Part shown: piece after piece, positions 1-9,365 of the stretch
How positions within the stretch are numbered: the first letter of the stretch is position 1
Layout of the letters: each line of letters begins with the position of its first letter
DNA from: Myxococcota bacterium
GTDB taxonomy: Bacteria > Myxococcota_C > UBA6777
Reading direction: 5' to 3'
Assembly: GCA_023150835.1 (NCBI GenBank)
Contig: JAKLKB010000010.1
Coordinates: 1 to 64,000 of the forward strand
DNA length: 64,000 nt
Program-made: the position numbers and the translations under genes
The notes under the pieces: generated by a model
Database searches by the model: none
Seen by the model: only the letters and a program-made list of their open reading frames with translations
What the model was told of the DNA's origin: nothing

Positions 1-60
1 CGAAGTTGTTTCAACTGAGATGCAGAAAAGTGGAGGGGGGCAGAAAAGTGGAGGGGGAGG

Positions 61-474
61 TTAGCGTTTTCGATCGGAGACGGCGATGCGTTTGAGGACA
101 CTTTCGAGGCGTTCGCGCATGGTGGCGTCGTTGTGGACGGAGGTGGAGACGGCTTGTGCGATCTTGTCGAGTTCTTTTTCGGGGAGGTTTTTTTTGCCGA
201 AGTGTTCGCGGATGATGGCGGACACAACGGCGCGAGTGGCTTCTTCGAGAGAGGCTTCGTCGTTAAAGTCGAGACCCTTGGAGGCTTGAGAAACCGCGTC
301 AAAAACGGGGTCGTTGGCTTCGACAGGTCCGAGTGGTCCGACTTGGGAGACGGACTCGGTTTTTTCGGCTTGTGCAACGCCGCTGCTTTTTTTGGTTTTG
401 GCGCTTTTGCTGCTTTTGTCGGTTTGCTGAGTTTGTTGGATCGGATAACCAGCACCGCCGCCTCGGATCTTCAT
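61..474 (-). CDS. Hypothetical protein (137 aa); low-complexity N-terminus and helical C-terminal domain
   Basis: ORF with ATG, co-oriented with the two upstream genes; no recognisable motif. Confidence 0.7.
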   Translation of the reverse strand: MKIRGGGAGYPIQQTQQTDKSSKSAKTKKSSGVAQAEKTESVSQVGPLGPVEANDPVFDAVSQASKGLDFNDEASLEEATRAVVSAIIREHFGKKNLPEKELDKIAQAVSTSVHNDATMRERLESVLKRIAVSDRKR

Positions 475-578
475 CGTAGTTCTCGACTCACCTGTGTTTT
501 GGAGCGCGATCGGTGGGGTGTTGCGCGTTGGGCGCGAGTTTTCTCCCGATCACGATCGCGTCTTGGGTTGATGGCGCC

Positions 579-992
579 TTAGCCGAAGACGCCGTCTTGT
601 TGTCCTTGTTGAAGGGAACGCGCCAATTGTCCGGCGGGTCCGGCGGGTTCAAGGGCGATCGCCTTTTCAAGGGCGGGGGTAGCTTGGGATAACTTTTTTT
701 GAAAGAGTAGGCTTTCCGCAAGAAAAGCATACGCCGAGGCCGAATTTTCGTTGGCTTTGATGGCTTCGCGGTATTGGGCTTCGGCGAGATCAAAGCGTCC
801 TTGGGCGACAAAGAGGTTGCCGAGTCCGATGCGAGGGACATCGCTGCGAGGGAGGAGGGCGATGCACCCTTCAAAGACTTCTTGGGCTTCTTTGTATTTT
901 CCCATTTCGATATAAAAGTAGGCCGATTCGAGCAAGAGTTTGGCTTCGCGACGGGGGACTTCCACGATTCCAATCAGCGTATCTTCGGACAT
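579..992 (-). CDS. Small TPR protein (SycD/LcrH chaperone-like size and architecture)
   Basis: Start re-assigned to ATG at 992 (MSEDTL) with GGAG RBS at 1001-1004; three TPR-like units (GKYKEAQEVFEGCIAL, GRFDLAEAQYREAIK, ATPALEKAIALEP). Confidence 0.8.
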   Translation of the reverse strand: MSEDTLIGIVEVPRREAKLLLESAYFYIEMGKYKEAQEVFEGCIALLPRSDVPRIGLGNLFVAQGRFDLAEAQYREAIKANENSASAYAFLAESLLFQKKLSQATPALEKAIALEPAGPAGQLARSLQQGQQDGVFG

Positions 993-1146
993 CGTCAAGA
1001 CTCCTTGTGAGCATCCACAGCGCACGGTTGAGAGGGGGTTTGGGGGCGTGCGTTGGGTCCGCAAGGGAGCGCGCAAAGACGGGTGTTTTGCGTGCGTGGT
1101 TGCGGTGCTGTATGTTGTATCGGCTCCAACGCACAAAGAGTTGCGC

Positions 1147-1512
1147 TTAGCCTTCTTTGGGGGCGAGCATCTGCTCTTTGATTTGGATCAGGTGATCGAT
1201 CAGATCAAACACACGCTCGTAGGCTTGTCGGGCTTTGCGCGCTTCTTGTTGGATGCGGCCTGTGCGCTTGTTGATCAATTCATCGAGTTGTTCGCAAGTG
1301 GCCGCCATGCTTTGGCCGATCGATTCTAATTCGCCGCTTTCGATCAATTCTTCGAGGACGGGAAAGATCCGATCTTCGGGGTTGGTGGGTCCTGCGGTTG
1401 GGGTGGCGGATGATGCAGCGGTGGGAGCTGCGGGGCGCGGGGGAACGACGGGGCCTCGACCGGGCATCGCGCCGATCTGGAAAGACTTAAAATCTTCCTT
1501 TTTGTCAGACAT
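1147..1512 (-). CDS. Hypothetical protein (121 aa); Pro/Ala linker plus helical C-terminus
   Basis: ATG preceded by GGAGGT RBS; amphipathic helical C-terminus. Confidence 0.75.
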   Translation of the reverse strand: MSDKKEDFKSFQIGAMPGRGPVVPPRPAAPTAASSATPTAGPTNPEDRIFPVLEELIESGELESIGQSMAATCEQLDELINKRTGRIQQEARKARQAYERVFDLIDHLIQIKEQMLAPKEG

Positions 1513-1660
1513 TGAGATCTACCTCCGCTGTTTCGAGGGTTTCGGTGCTTGGTGTGTGGGACCGTTGCAAAAGCTTCGTTGTGAACGCCGCGTGAAAAGT
1601 ACCACGAAGGGCCAACCCTTTCAACTGAAAACAGGAGCGGCGCGGTTGGATGGTTTTTTT

Positions 1661-1780
1661 GGGGCGAGGTACCACGCCCCGCAAGGGAGCGCGGCTCTAT
1701 GGACCCCGTGAGGGGCGAAGTGATCATCATTTTTCAACCAGACGACTCTGTCGCTTCAAGCGGCACGAACGCGGGTTTTT
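1661..1780 (+). repeat. Dispersed ~125-bp structured repeat, family A, copy 1 (degenerate first hairpin)
   Basis: Shares CCACGCCCC-CAAGGGAGCGCGGCTC...GACCCCGT...GCGAA...TCGCTT...GAAC.CGGGTTTTT with the other copies. Confidence 0.8.
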
Positions 1781-1910
1781 GGCCGATCACGTCTCTTCGA
1801 TGAAAACCCTCGACGGGATTTGGCTCGTTGGTGCGTTGTGTGAAAAGTGTTGGGGATGGTGGGGTGGGTGTGGTAGGAAGAACAGCAGCCCAAACAAAAG
1901 GAGGTGTTCG

Positions 1911-2792
1911 ATGATCAAACAGCGGATCGGTCGGTGGTGTGGGTGGTTGGTCTGGATGTGTGCGGTGGTGTGGGTGGTGGGCGGGTGCAAAAAGAAGCCA
2001 TTGCCTACCAAGATCCCGAAAGCTGCGGCCAAAACCGAAGCTGAAGCGCAGGCAGAACAAGAGGCGATCCGCCGTGTCAAGGAGGCCAAGACCTCCAAAG
2101 GCTTCACGGTGGGGGCTTTTTTGGAGCAATTTCTGGAAGCGACGGATAAAAAAGTTCGAGAAGCCAAGGGATATCCGTTTGATGTGCAAGAGTGGTCTGC
2201 GCGTTGTGAACTTCCGCTCCCACAAGAGATCCGAACGCAGCGCCCGCTGACCGAAGAAGAACGCAAGCGGCTGTTGGCGGGATTGCCTGTAGAAGGCGTG
2301 CTTTTGGAGGAGGCTTCGCCTGTCGATGGCGGTGAGCGTGTGCCAAAGAGCCGTGTGACGGGCATTTCGGTGGATGGTGGTGTTGCTTCAAACGTCGATG
2401 GTGGAAGTGGTTTGGTAAGCGATCACAAAAAAGATCGAGAAGGGCATCTCGAAAGCGCGGCAGATCGGGAAGGACACCATGAAGGAGCGTTGGTGGATGG
2501 TGGGCAGCCTGCGCAAGAGGAACCCAAACCGCGTTTTACACGGTGCGAAGTGTCGGTGATCTTGGGAGCGAGCAAGGAGAAAGCGACGGATCATCTCAAA
2601 GGGGTGTGGGTGGTGGGAGCGAAGAATATCGTCCCGCAAGACGGCGTAGCGCGGATGTTGATGCAAGAAGCGACTCCTGAGGATCTTTCGCAACAAGCGG
2701 GCGAAGCAGGGAAAGCAGAAGCTCCCCACGAAAAAAGCCAAGCAGAGCGCATCATCGAAACGACCGATGCAGGGGCGATATCTGACAAGTGA
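1911..2792 (+). CDS. Hypothetical lipoprotein
   Basis: AGGAGG RBS before ATG at 1911; hydrophobic stretch ending VVGGC followed by KKK. Confidence 0.7.
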   Translation: MIKQRIGRWCGWLVWMCAVVWVVGGCKKKPLPTKIPKAAAKTEAEAQAEQEAIRRVKEAKTSKGFTVGAFLEQFLEATDKKVREAKGYPFDVQEWSARCELPLPQEIRTQRPLTEEERKRLLAGLPVEGVLLEEASPVDGGERVPKSRVTGISVDGGVASNVDGGSGLVSDHKKDREGHLESAADREGHHEGALVDGGQPAQEEPKPRFTRCEVSVILGASKEKATDHLKGVWVVGAKNIVPQDGVARMLMQEATPEDLSQQAGEAGKAEAPHEKSQAERIIETTDAGAISDK

Positions 2793-2834
2793 AGGCGTGT
2801 TTTTGTGGAGGGCCATAACGAGGTCAACGCGATA

Positions 2835-4688
2835 TCAAGCAGCTTCGGCCTGTTGGGCGGGAGAGAGTTGGGTGGGGCCTTTGAGGGGGAGGGTGACGCG
2901 AAAGGCGGTGCCTTTGTTGGGTTCGGAAGTGAAGCTGATGTGTCCTTGGTGTTCTTGGACGATCTTTTTGACGATGGCGAGTCCGAGTCCCGTACCTTGG
3001 TTGGGCCTTCCTGTGACAAAGGAATCGAAGATCTTGGGTTGAAGTTCGAGGGGGATACCGACGCCTGTGTCTTGGGCGACGATCACGAGTTGATCGGCGT
3101 TTTGGTCGATGTGTAGGGAAAATTGGCCACCGTCAGGCATGGCTTGGATCGCGTTGCGAGAGAGGTTGTGCAACAGGCGTTCGATCTTGCTTTCGTCGAA
3201 GTGAGCGTCGCCTGTGTAGGTGCATTGGAAGTCAAGTTGGATCGGGAGGTGAGCGAATTCTTGTTCGAGATGTTGTTTGAGTTCGCTGGCGAATTGGTTG
3301 AGATGGACTTTGCGTATCAGGAGGGTGGATTCGCCGCGTGCGAAGGCAAGGACTTCGCGGGTCATGTGGTTGAGGCGTTCGATCTGTTTTTGGATCATCT
3401 GGGCAAAGCTCTGGCGTTTTTCGGGATCTTCTTGGGTTGCGGTGAGTTGAGCGTAGCCAGAGATCAGAGTCATGGGGGTTTTAAAGTCGTGGACGATCCC
3501 CGAAAGTAGCTTTCCGATGGTGGCGAGGCGACTTTGGCGCATACGTTCGTTGCGTTCGATACCGATGCTGACAGCACGGCTGACACGGGCTGCGATCAGG
3601 CTCAAGATCCGCAGGTCGCTGTCTGTAAAGCCTTCGGTTGCGCTGCGTTTGTTGATCATCTCGATGGCACCGATGGATGTATCACCGTTGAGCAGAGGAA
3701 CGCACAACACGCCTCGGACGGCAAGGCCGAGTTGGTTTGCGAAGTCGTCCTTGAATCGGGCATCTTTGGTGGGTGCATTGGAAAGGATCGGTTGGCTGTA
3801 GCGGATGCTCCAGCCCATCAGACTATCATTGGCCTTGAGTGAGCGCCCTTTCCATTCGTTGGCTTTTTCGGCTTTTTCGGCTTTGATGTTGTGCAGGACG
3901 AGTTGTTTGTTTTTGTCGAGAAGTCCGATAAATCCGGCTTCGCAATGGAGCATCTCGGTGCTTCGTGAGAGGATATTGGCGAGCATCTCGTCTAATTCAA
4001 AGGCACCGCTCATTTGTTGTTCGATCGCGAACAAGATATCGAGTTCGTAGTTTCGTTGTTGGAGGGCGCGAGAGGTTTCGGAGAGTTCGTTGTTGGCTTG
4101 AACGACCTGCGCGTATAAGCTCGCATTTTCGAGGAAGATCGTAGCTTGAGCGGAGATCGCTTCGAGCAGTTGTTCGTCTTCTTCGCTGAAGGCGAGGCCG
4201 TTGCTTTTGTTGAGGACTTGGATGACGGCGATGATCTGCCCTTGGCTTGCGCGCAGTGGCATGGTCAGGATCGAACGGGTGGTGTAGCCGGTTTTTTGAT
4301 CGACGTTCACATGAAAGCGGGGATCTTTGTAGGCATCGATCAAGTTGACGGTTTCGCCCGTTTGAGCGACCCATCCAGCGACACCTTGACCGATGGGGAT
4401 ACGGATCTGGACCGATTCTTCGCCTTGCAAGATCTGCGAAACGAGTTCTTGGGTTTCTTCATCGATCAGGTACAACGTGGAGCGATCGGCTTCCATCACT
4501 TCGGTAGCGGTCTCGATGATCCGTTTGAGCAGTTGTTTTCTTTCGTGCGCAAGAGCCAACGCACGGCTGATCTTGATCACCGCTTGCAGTTGTTTTTCTG
4601 CACGCTCCGCACGTCGTCGAAGCAGCAGATTCGGGCTTTTTTGCCCTTTATGGGAAAGAAGATCAAACATCCGAATACACCTCATCAA
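2835..4688 (-). CDS. GAF-GAF sensor histidine kinase (cytoplasmic)
   Basis: Two GAF domains (NK..F...DE motifs), H-box VHDFKTPMT, N-box NLSRNAIQA, G-boxes DTGVG and GTGLGL; exact start uncertain. Confidence 0.9.
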   Translation of the reverse strand: MMRCIRMFDLLSHKGQKSPNLLLRRRAERAEKQLQAVIKISRALALAHERKQLLKRIIETATEVMEADRSTLYLIDEETQELVSQILQGEESVQIRIPIGQGVAGWVAQTGETVNLIDAYKDPRFHVNVDQKTGYTTRSILTMPLRASQGQIIAVIQVLNKSNGLAFSEEDEQLLEAISAQATIFLENASLYAQVVQANNELSETSRALQQRNYELDILFAIEQQMSGAFELDEMLANILSRSTEMLHCEAGFIGLLDKNKQLVLHNIKAEKAEKANEWKGRSLKANDSLMGWSIRYSQPILSNAPTKDARFKDDFANQLGLAVRGVLCVPLLNGDTSIGAIEMINKRSATEGFTDSDLRILSLIAARVSRAVSIGIERNERMRQSRLATIGKLLSGIVHDFKTPMTLISGYAQLTATQEDPEKRQSFAQMIQKQIERLNHMTREVLAFARGESTLLIRKVHLNQFASELKQHLEQEFAHLPIQLDFQCTYTGDAHFDESKIERLLHNLSRNAIQAMPDGGQFSLHIDQNADQLVIVAQDTGVGIPLELQPKIFDSFVTGRPNQGTGLGLAIVKKIVQEHQGHISFTSEPNKGTAFRVTLPLKGPTQLSPAQQAEAA

Positions 4689-4733
4689 GACCTGCGGAGT
4701 TTATCGCAAGAAGCCTTGCGCTGCAACTGCTTC

Positions 4734-5189
4734 CTACAAGATCGTTTCTGCTCGGCTGTTTGATTGTGTGTTTCCCCAAGCTACGGCCTCCCAAGAACGC
4801 GATGCTGTCGGGGTATACAGGCACCACGCATAAGCATCTTGAGTTGGCGACATCAACAAGATCTGCGTTTGAGGCCACCAAGCCCATCTCGAAGAGGCCC
4901 AATACATCGAGATATCAGCGTCCGAGAGAAAGGGCGGTGCATCGGGATGGCTGTGAAACCAACCGCAGATCTGGCCGTCTTCTCGGTCGATTTGTTTGAG
5001 GATGGGCAACAAGGTTTCGGAGGGGATCGCGTATCGTGTGGGTGTGGTGGTGAGTGTCGGTGTTGTGAAGGCGTGTATCCCCCATCCTTGGGAGGTTTTC
5101 CACCACACTCCGCAGGCTTCGTTGGGATGGGCTTGTTGGCAAGCAGCCACAGCTTTTCGTAAAAGCCATCCAGCGGGGAAGTTCGTCAT
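4734..5189 (-). CDS. JAB/MPN (Mov34, M67) metallopeptidase
   Basis: PNEACG and HSHP...SDAD JAMM motif; start re-assigned to ATG at 5189 to avoid overlap with the kinase. Confidence 0.85.
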   Translation of the reverse strand: MTNFPAGWLLRKAVAACQQAHPNEACGVWWKTSQGWGIHAFTTPTLTTTPTRYAIPSETLLPILKQIDREDGQICGWFHSHPDAPPFLSDADISMYWASSRWAWWPQTQILLMSPTQDAYAWCLYTPTASRSWEAVAWGNTQSNSRAETIL

Positions 5190-5222
5190 CGGCAAGCAGC
5201 CACGGCTTTTTGTAAAAGCCAT
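5138..5222. repeat. 32-bp direct repeat x2 (2 mismatches) separated by 21 bp
   Basis: ggcaagcagccacagcttttcgtaaaagccat (5138-5169) versus ggcaagcagccacggctttttgtaaaagccat (5191-5222). Confidence 0.85.
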
Positions 5223-5265
5223 TTGTCGGAGAATTCCGCCATCAGAACACTTGAAAAAGGCCGAC

Positions 5266-6723
5266 TTAGCGGGGTTTCGGAGGTTTGGGCGGAGGGCGTT
5301 TGGCACGAGAGAAAGCATCTTCGGTGTCTTTTTTGAGGCTGTTGTTGTCTTGGAACACTTGGTCTGTTTTGGTTGTGTTGAAGGCGTCTTTGGTGTCTTT
5401 GGCCACGGAGTTTTGGGGGTCTTGATAGGGGTCAGGCTTGGAAGGTCGAGGCGCGGCGGCGGGGGTTTGGAAGGCAGGAAAAGAAAGACGGCGAGGCGGT
5501 GGGCGTCGGACTGTTCGGCGTTTTCGAGGGCGATGCGACGGCGTCGGAAGGGCGACGGTATTCGAGGGGGTTGCGGCGTCTGCGGAGGGTCGGCTGGGGA
5601 GGGGTTCGAGTTGGATCGGGGAGGGCATCGCAGCGGTGGGAGCGGGTTGGGGTGAGGAAGGAAGGGGAGAAGAGGTGGTTGAGCGCGGAGCGTTCGGGAC
5701 AAGCGAAGGGAACAAAAACCACATCAGCAAAAAAGAACAGAGCAGGCCCACAAATCCGCCAAGCATCGCGGTTTGGAGATTGGCGATCCGTGTATCGGTG
5801 GGGGGAGCAGGCGGCGAAGAAAACGCACGCAACACCTCTGCGCAAGAGCCGAAGCGATGGGCAGGATCGCGTTGGAGGCAGCCTCGGATCACGGGGTGGT
5901 AACGCAGCGGGATGTTGTCGACAGAAATTGTGTAGCGGCAGACCGCGTTGTTGTCTTCGAGGGCTGTGCGGGAAAAGTCCGGTGCATCGAAGGGATTGAT
6001 GCAAGCGATCATCTCGTAGAGGATCGCACCGAGCGAAAAGATATCGCTGCGTTGGTTGGCTTCGTTGGCGTATCCGAGCAGTTCGGGGGCGAGATAGCCA
6101 AAGGTTCCGAGCGAGGTTCCGTCGAGTGTGCGTCCACCGTCGATCTGCGTGAATTCGCGTTGGTGGGTCATGTCGGTAGGAAGGCGCTTTGCGATGCCAA
6201 AGTCTGATATCTTGGGCAACAGCCCTTGCTCGGTTTTGGTCAACAAGATGTTGGCGGGTTTGAGATCGCGGTGGACGATGCCCTGTTGATGAAGGGCTTC
6301 GACACCACGCACGATCGGAGGGAAAAGTTGAGCGATCATCCCCATGCTGAGGCCGCCGTGTTGCTGATTCATCAAGGCCATCAAGGAGTCTTCGGTGCAG
6401 TACTCCATCACGCAATAAGGGATATCTTCGTTGGAGCGGTCTTCGATCAGGCGTACGATGTTGGGATGATCGATCTGTTGAAGGATGCGAAGTTCTTTTT
6501 TGAAACGAGCCAACGTATCGCGGCTGTAAGGAGCGCGTAATACCTTGATCGCCACCCACTCCCGCGACTTGTTGTCTTTGGCGCGGTAAACATCCGCAAA
6601 AGTTCCTACCCCGATCCGATCTTCGAGCGTGTAGTTCTCGGCGGCATCGGCTCCCAAGATGTCGTACGTGTTTTGCGATCCATAGGGGCTGATCGTTGTC
6701 TGCATTGAAAGATTCCCATCCAC
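5266..6723 (-). CDS. Membrane-anchored Hanks-type Ser/Thr protein kinase
   Basis: GVGTFADV, VAIK, HRDLKPAN, DFG, GTFGYLAPE motifs; one TM helix followed by a Pro-rich tail. Confidence 0.95.
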   Translation of the reverse strand: MDGNLSMQTTISPYGSQNTYDILGADAAENYTLEDRIGVGTFADVYRAKDNKSREWVAIKVLRAPYSRDTLARFKKELRILQQIDHPNIVRLIEDRSNEDIPYCVMEYCTEDSLMALMNQQHGGLSMGMIAQLFPPIVRGVEALHQQGIVHRDLKPANILLTKTEQGLLPKISDFGIAKRLPTDMTHQREFTQIDGGRTLDGTSLGTFGYLAPELLGYANEANQRSDIFSLGAILYEMIACINPFDAPDFSRTALEDNNAVCRYTISVDNIPLRYHPVIRGCLQRDPAHRFGSCAEVLRAFSSPPAPPTDTRIANLQTAMLGGFVGLLCSFLLMWFLFPSLVPNAPRSTTSSPLPSSPQPAPTAAMPSPIQLEPLPSRPSADAATPSNTVALPTPSHRPRKRRTVRRPPPRRLSFPAFQTPAAAPRPSKPDPYQDPQNSVAKDTKDAFNTTKTDQVFQDNNSLKKDTEDAFSRAKRPPPKPPKPR

Positions 6724-6846
6724 AAAAGAGCCGCTTTTTGCAGCGCTGGCGTGCGCTGCTTGGGCCTGTGTCTTAACAGAAGCGACCCTTTGATGTCTAG
6801 ATTCTGCGTGGTTGAGAAGTGGGGAGGGAGTTTGGGGAGAGGGCGG

Positions 6847-8133
6847 TTATTCTTCGGTCGAGAAACGGATATTGCGTTCGAGTCCCATCGAGAAGCCGAA
6901 GACAAAGCCGCTGTTGGCAAAGACAAACAGACGCTGTCCAAACACAACGGGTGGTGCGGAGATACCACGAGAAAGGCGGAGTGCTTGGACGAGATGGCCC
7001 CCATCTCGGCGCAGCACATAAAGCCCGTTGCGGTTGCCGCTTAAAAACAGATAGGTGGGGGTGGCGATGATCGAGCTGAAGGCACCGGCTTTTTTGTAAC
7101 GCTGTTCCCAGATCTTGTTGCCGCTGAGTGCGTAGAGGCAGACGACGCGGCCTTCGGAGTTGCTGAGATAGAGCTTGTCTTCGTGGAAGGTGGGAGGGCC
7201 TGCGCCTTGGATGGCGTAGGTCCACAGCTTTTGGCCGTCTTGGAGGCGGAGGGCGTGGAGTCCTGTGTTGTAGGAGACTGCGTACAGATAGGCCCCTCGG
7301 ATCACGACAGGCGCATCGATATCCATAAAGCGCTCTTGTTGGCGCAAAGACTTTTGCCAAACCACGCTGCCATCGCCGACTTGGAAGGCTCCCAAGGTTC
7401 CGTCCGAAAAGCCCGTATAGACCTTGTCTTTGTGAACGGTGGGGGGGCTTTGACCGCGTACAGAGAGGGTGGTTTCGGTGCTGCTTTCGTGTTTGTGACG
7501 CCAGAGGAGTTTGCCGTTTTCTGCGTGGAGGGCGTAGAGTTGGTCATTTCCGGTGGTGGCCAGCAGCGTCGGGGAGGTTTCTTTGTCGCCCTCGACATAG
7601 GCCATCTCGGAAAGGATCTCGCCTTCGGCTTGGTATTTCCACTTGGTTTTGCCGGTCTTTCGGTGGATAGCGTAGATCATGCCGCTGGTTGTGCCTACAA
7701 ACACCACTTCTTTGTGCGTATAAGGCGGGGCAGCGAGGCGGCCTTGGATCGTGCGCGTCCAACAATGCTTTCCTGTGCGGGTGGCCATGCAGCTTAGGCG
7801 TTGGCTCGATCCTCCGACATAAAGCTGTTGACCGTCTTGGGAGATCGCGGGGGCAGCGTGTTCTTCGGTTTGGATCTCCCATCGATTCCACACAAAGCGG
7901 CTGTCGGGATCGGGAGAACCCGTCCATAACAAAGACAGGATCTCCGTTTGTGCGCCCGTGTGACTGTTGGGGCCAAAGAGCACAGGGTACGCAAGGCGGC
8001 GTTTGGCTTTGCTTGCCCCGCGCACAAAAGCGGAGAACGTCACTTGTTGTTGGCTGCTACTGCAAGCCCACCACGGAAGACCAACGAAAAAGACCAAGCA
8101 TCCGAAAACAAAACGCCTTGGTGGTTTGTGCAT
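6847..8133 (-). CDS. bamB: PQQ-like beta-propeller lipoprotein, BamB-like
   Basis: Lipobox-like WWAC; repeated W-x-Y and A/G-x-x-G propeller motifs (MDIDAPV, GKLLW, GQKLW); lies downstream of a YfgM-like gene as in proteobacterial yfgM-bamB. Confidence 0.7.
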   Translation of the reverse strand: MHKPPRRFVFGCLVFFVGLPWWACSSSQQQVTFSAFVRGASKAKRRLAYPVLFGPNSHTGAQTEILSLLWTGSPDPDSRFVWNRWEIQTEEHAAPAISQDGQQLYVGGSSQRLSCMATRTGKHCWTRTIQGRLAAPPYTHKEVVFVGTTSGMIYAIHRKTGKTKWKYQAEGEILSEMAYVEGDKETSPTLLATTGNDQLYALHAENGKLLWRHKHESSTETTLSVRGQSPPTVHKDKVYTGFSDGTLGAFQVGDGSVVWQKSLRQQERFMDIDAPVVIRGAYLYAVSYNTGLHALRLQDGQKLWTYAIQGAGPPTFHEDKLYLSNSEGRVVCLYALSGNKIWEQRYKKAGAFSSIIATPTYLFLSGNRNGLYVLRRDGGHLVQALRLSRGISAPPVVFGQRLFVFANSGFVFGFSMGLERNIRFSTEE

Positions 8134-8193
8134 GACGAATTTCTCCGTGTGTGTAGACGCAAGTGAGGGGTCGAGGGCAGGAGTGCAGGAGGA

Positions 8194-9021
8194 CTATTTG
8201 CGCGGAGCAACGGGCTGTTTGGGGGTGGGTTGCGCGGGAGCGGGCTGTTTGGGGGCGGGTTGTGCAGGAGCTTGGAGGGCCAAGACCGCTGCGCGTTTTT
8301 TGGCTTCTTTTTGGTATTCGCTGTTGAGCTTGTCTTGGCCGACAAGACCGTAGAAGTGCAACGCTTTGGTCAGATCTTTTTTGGTTTCGTAATGACTCGC
8401 GAGGCGCATGAGCGCAAAGGAGCGATAGATCGGCGCGCCTTCTTCGCCGAATCGCTTGAGTTGTTCGAGGCTTTCGGCTTCTTTTTTGGTTTGCGCGAGA
8501 ACGTATGCGAGTGCGTCGATGCCGAGGAATCGGACAGGATCGTTTGGTGGGAAGGATCGCAAAAATTGTTCGTAGGCTTGTTGCGCTTTGGCGAATTCTT
8601 TTTGTTTGGCGTAGATGTGTCCGAGATAAAGGTGCGCAAATGCCCCTGCGCTAGAGCTTGCGTAGTTTTGGGAGACTTTTTCAAAATCGGTGGTGGCGGC
8701 TTTCTCGCGTTCAGCTTCGGTCTTGAAGGTTTTCTCGGTGTTCTCGGTGCTGGCGTCGTTGCTGATCTTGGCCTCGTAGGTCTTGAGGGCTTCGCCGAGC
8801 GCTTGGGTCGCGGCTTTGTTGTTGCGTTCTTGCATATAGAAGAACAAGAACACTCCGAGCGATATCAAGAGGACGGCGATGAAACCCGCGAGGATTTGAT
8901 GGCGGTGGTTGTGAACCCAGTCGAGACTTTGGGTGCCGACCTCGACAAATTGATCAGGTTGTTTGAGTTCTTTGCGGCTCGGTTTGCTGCCACTTTTGGA
9001 CTTGTTTGCTGTCTTGACCAC
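8194..9021 (-). CDS. YfgM-like TPR membrane protein
   Basis: RKELKQPDQF N-terminal motif, single TM helix, TPR helices; synteny with the BamB-like gene. Confidence 0.8.
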   Translation of the reverse strand: MVKTANKSKSGSKPSRKELKQPDQFVEVGTQSLDWVHNHRHQILAGFIAVLLISLGVFLFFYMQERNNKAATQALGEALKTYEAKISNDASTENTEKTFKTEAEREKAATTDFEKVSQNYASSSAGAFAHLYLGHIYAKQKEFAKAQQAYEQFLRSFPPNDPVRFLGIDALAYVLAQTKKEAESLEQLKRFGEEGAPIYRSFALMRLASHYETKKDLTKALHFYGLVGQDKLNSEYQKEAKKRAAVLALQAPAQPAPKQPAPAQPTPKQPVAPRK

Positions 9022-9137
9022 GAGGGCCTCCCTTGTCTTTTTCCAATGCCTGCTTGCAGATACAAAAACGCCAACGCGAGATCAGCATCGCACATGAACG
9101 AGGAGGCGATGTCTTTGTGTTGGCTCAAAGGCTTGTC

Positions 9138-9166
9138 TTTATATGCAAGCCAAGCCCCCGCGTCAA
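9138..9166 (-). promoter_or_regulatory. Putative sigma70 promoter for the yfgM-bamB-like operon
   Basis: TTGACG-N17-TATAAA on the minus strand. Confidence 0.45.
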
Positions 9167-9365
9167 TGCCGAAATCATCTTTTGCCCTTTTTCCCGTGTG
9201 TTTGCGTCGAACCAACCAGTTCAAAGGCGGGGCGCAGGGTGACACTCCACAAAAGAAGCCGACCGTGCGAGTTGGATGCTGATTTCTTGCTTGTTGGTGG
9301 GAGGCTTTCTAAGATCAGCGCAACCGAAGGACCGTGTCATCGGTGACCGAAGCAAGGAGAGAGCC

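Noticed and set aside
1650-1910. Extended N-termini of ORFs beginning inside family A repeats (also 50359-50559 and 42075-42452)
   Set aside because: The translations derive from the non-coding repeat; better starts with an RBS or signal peptide lie downstream, or the ORF is spurious
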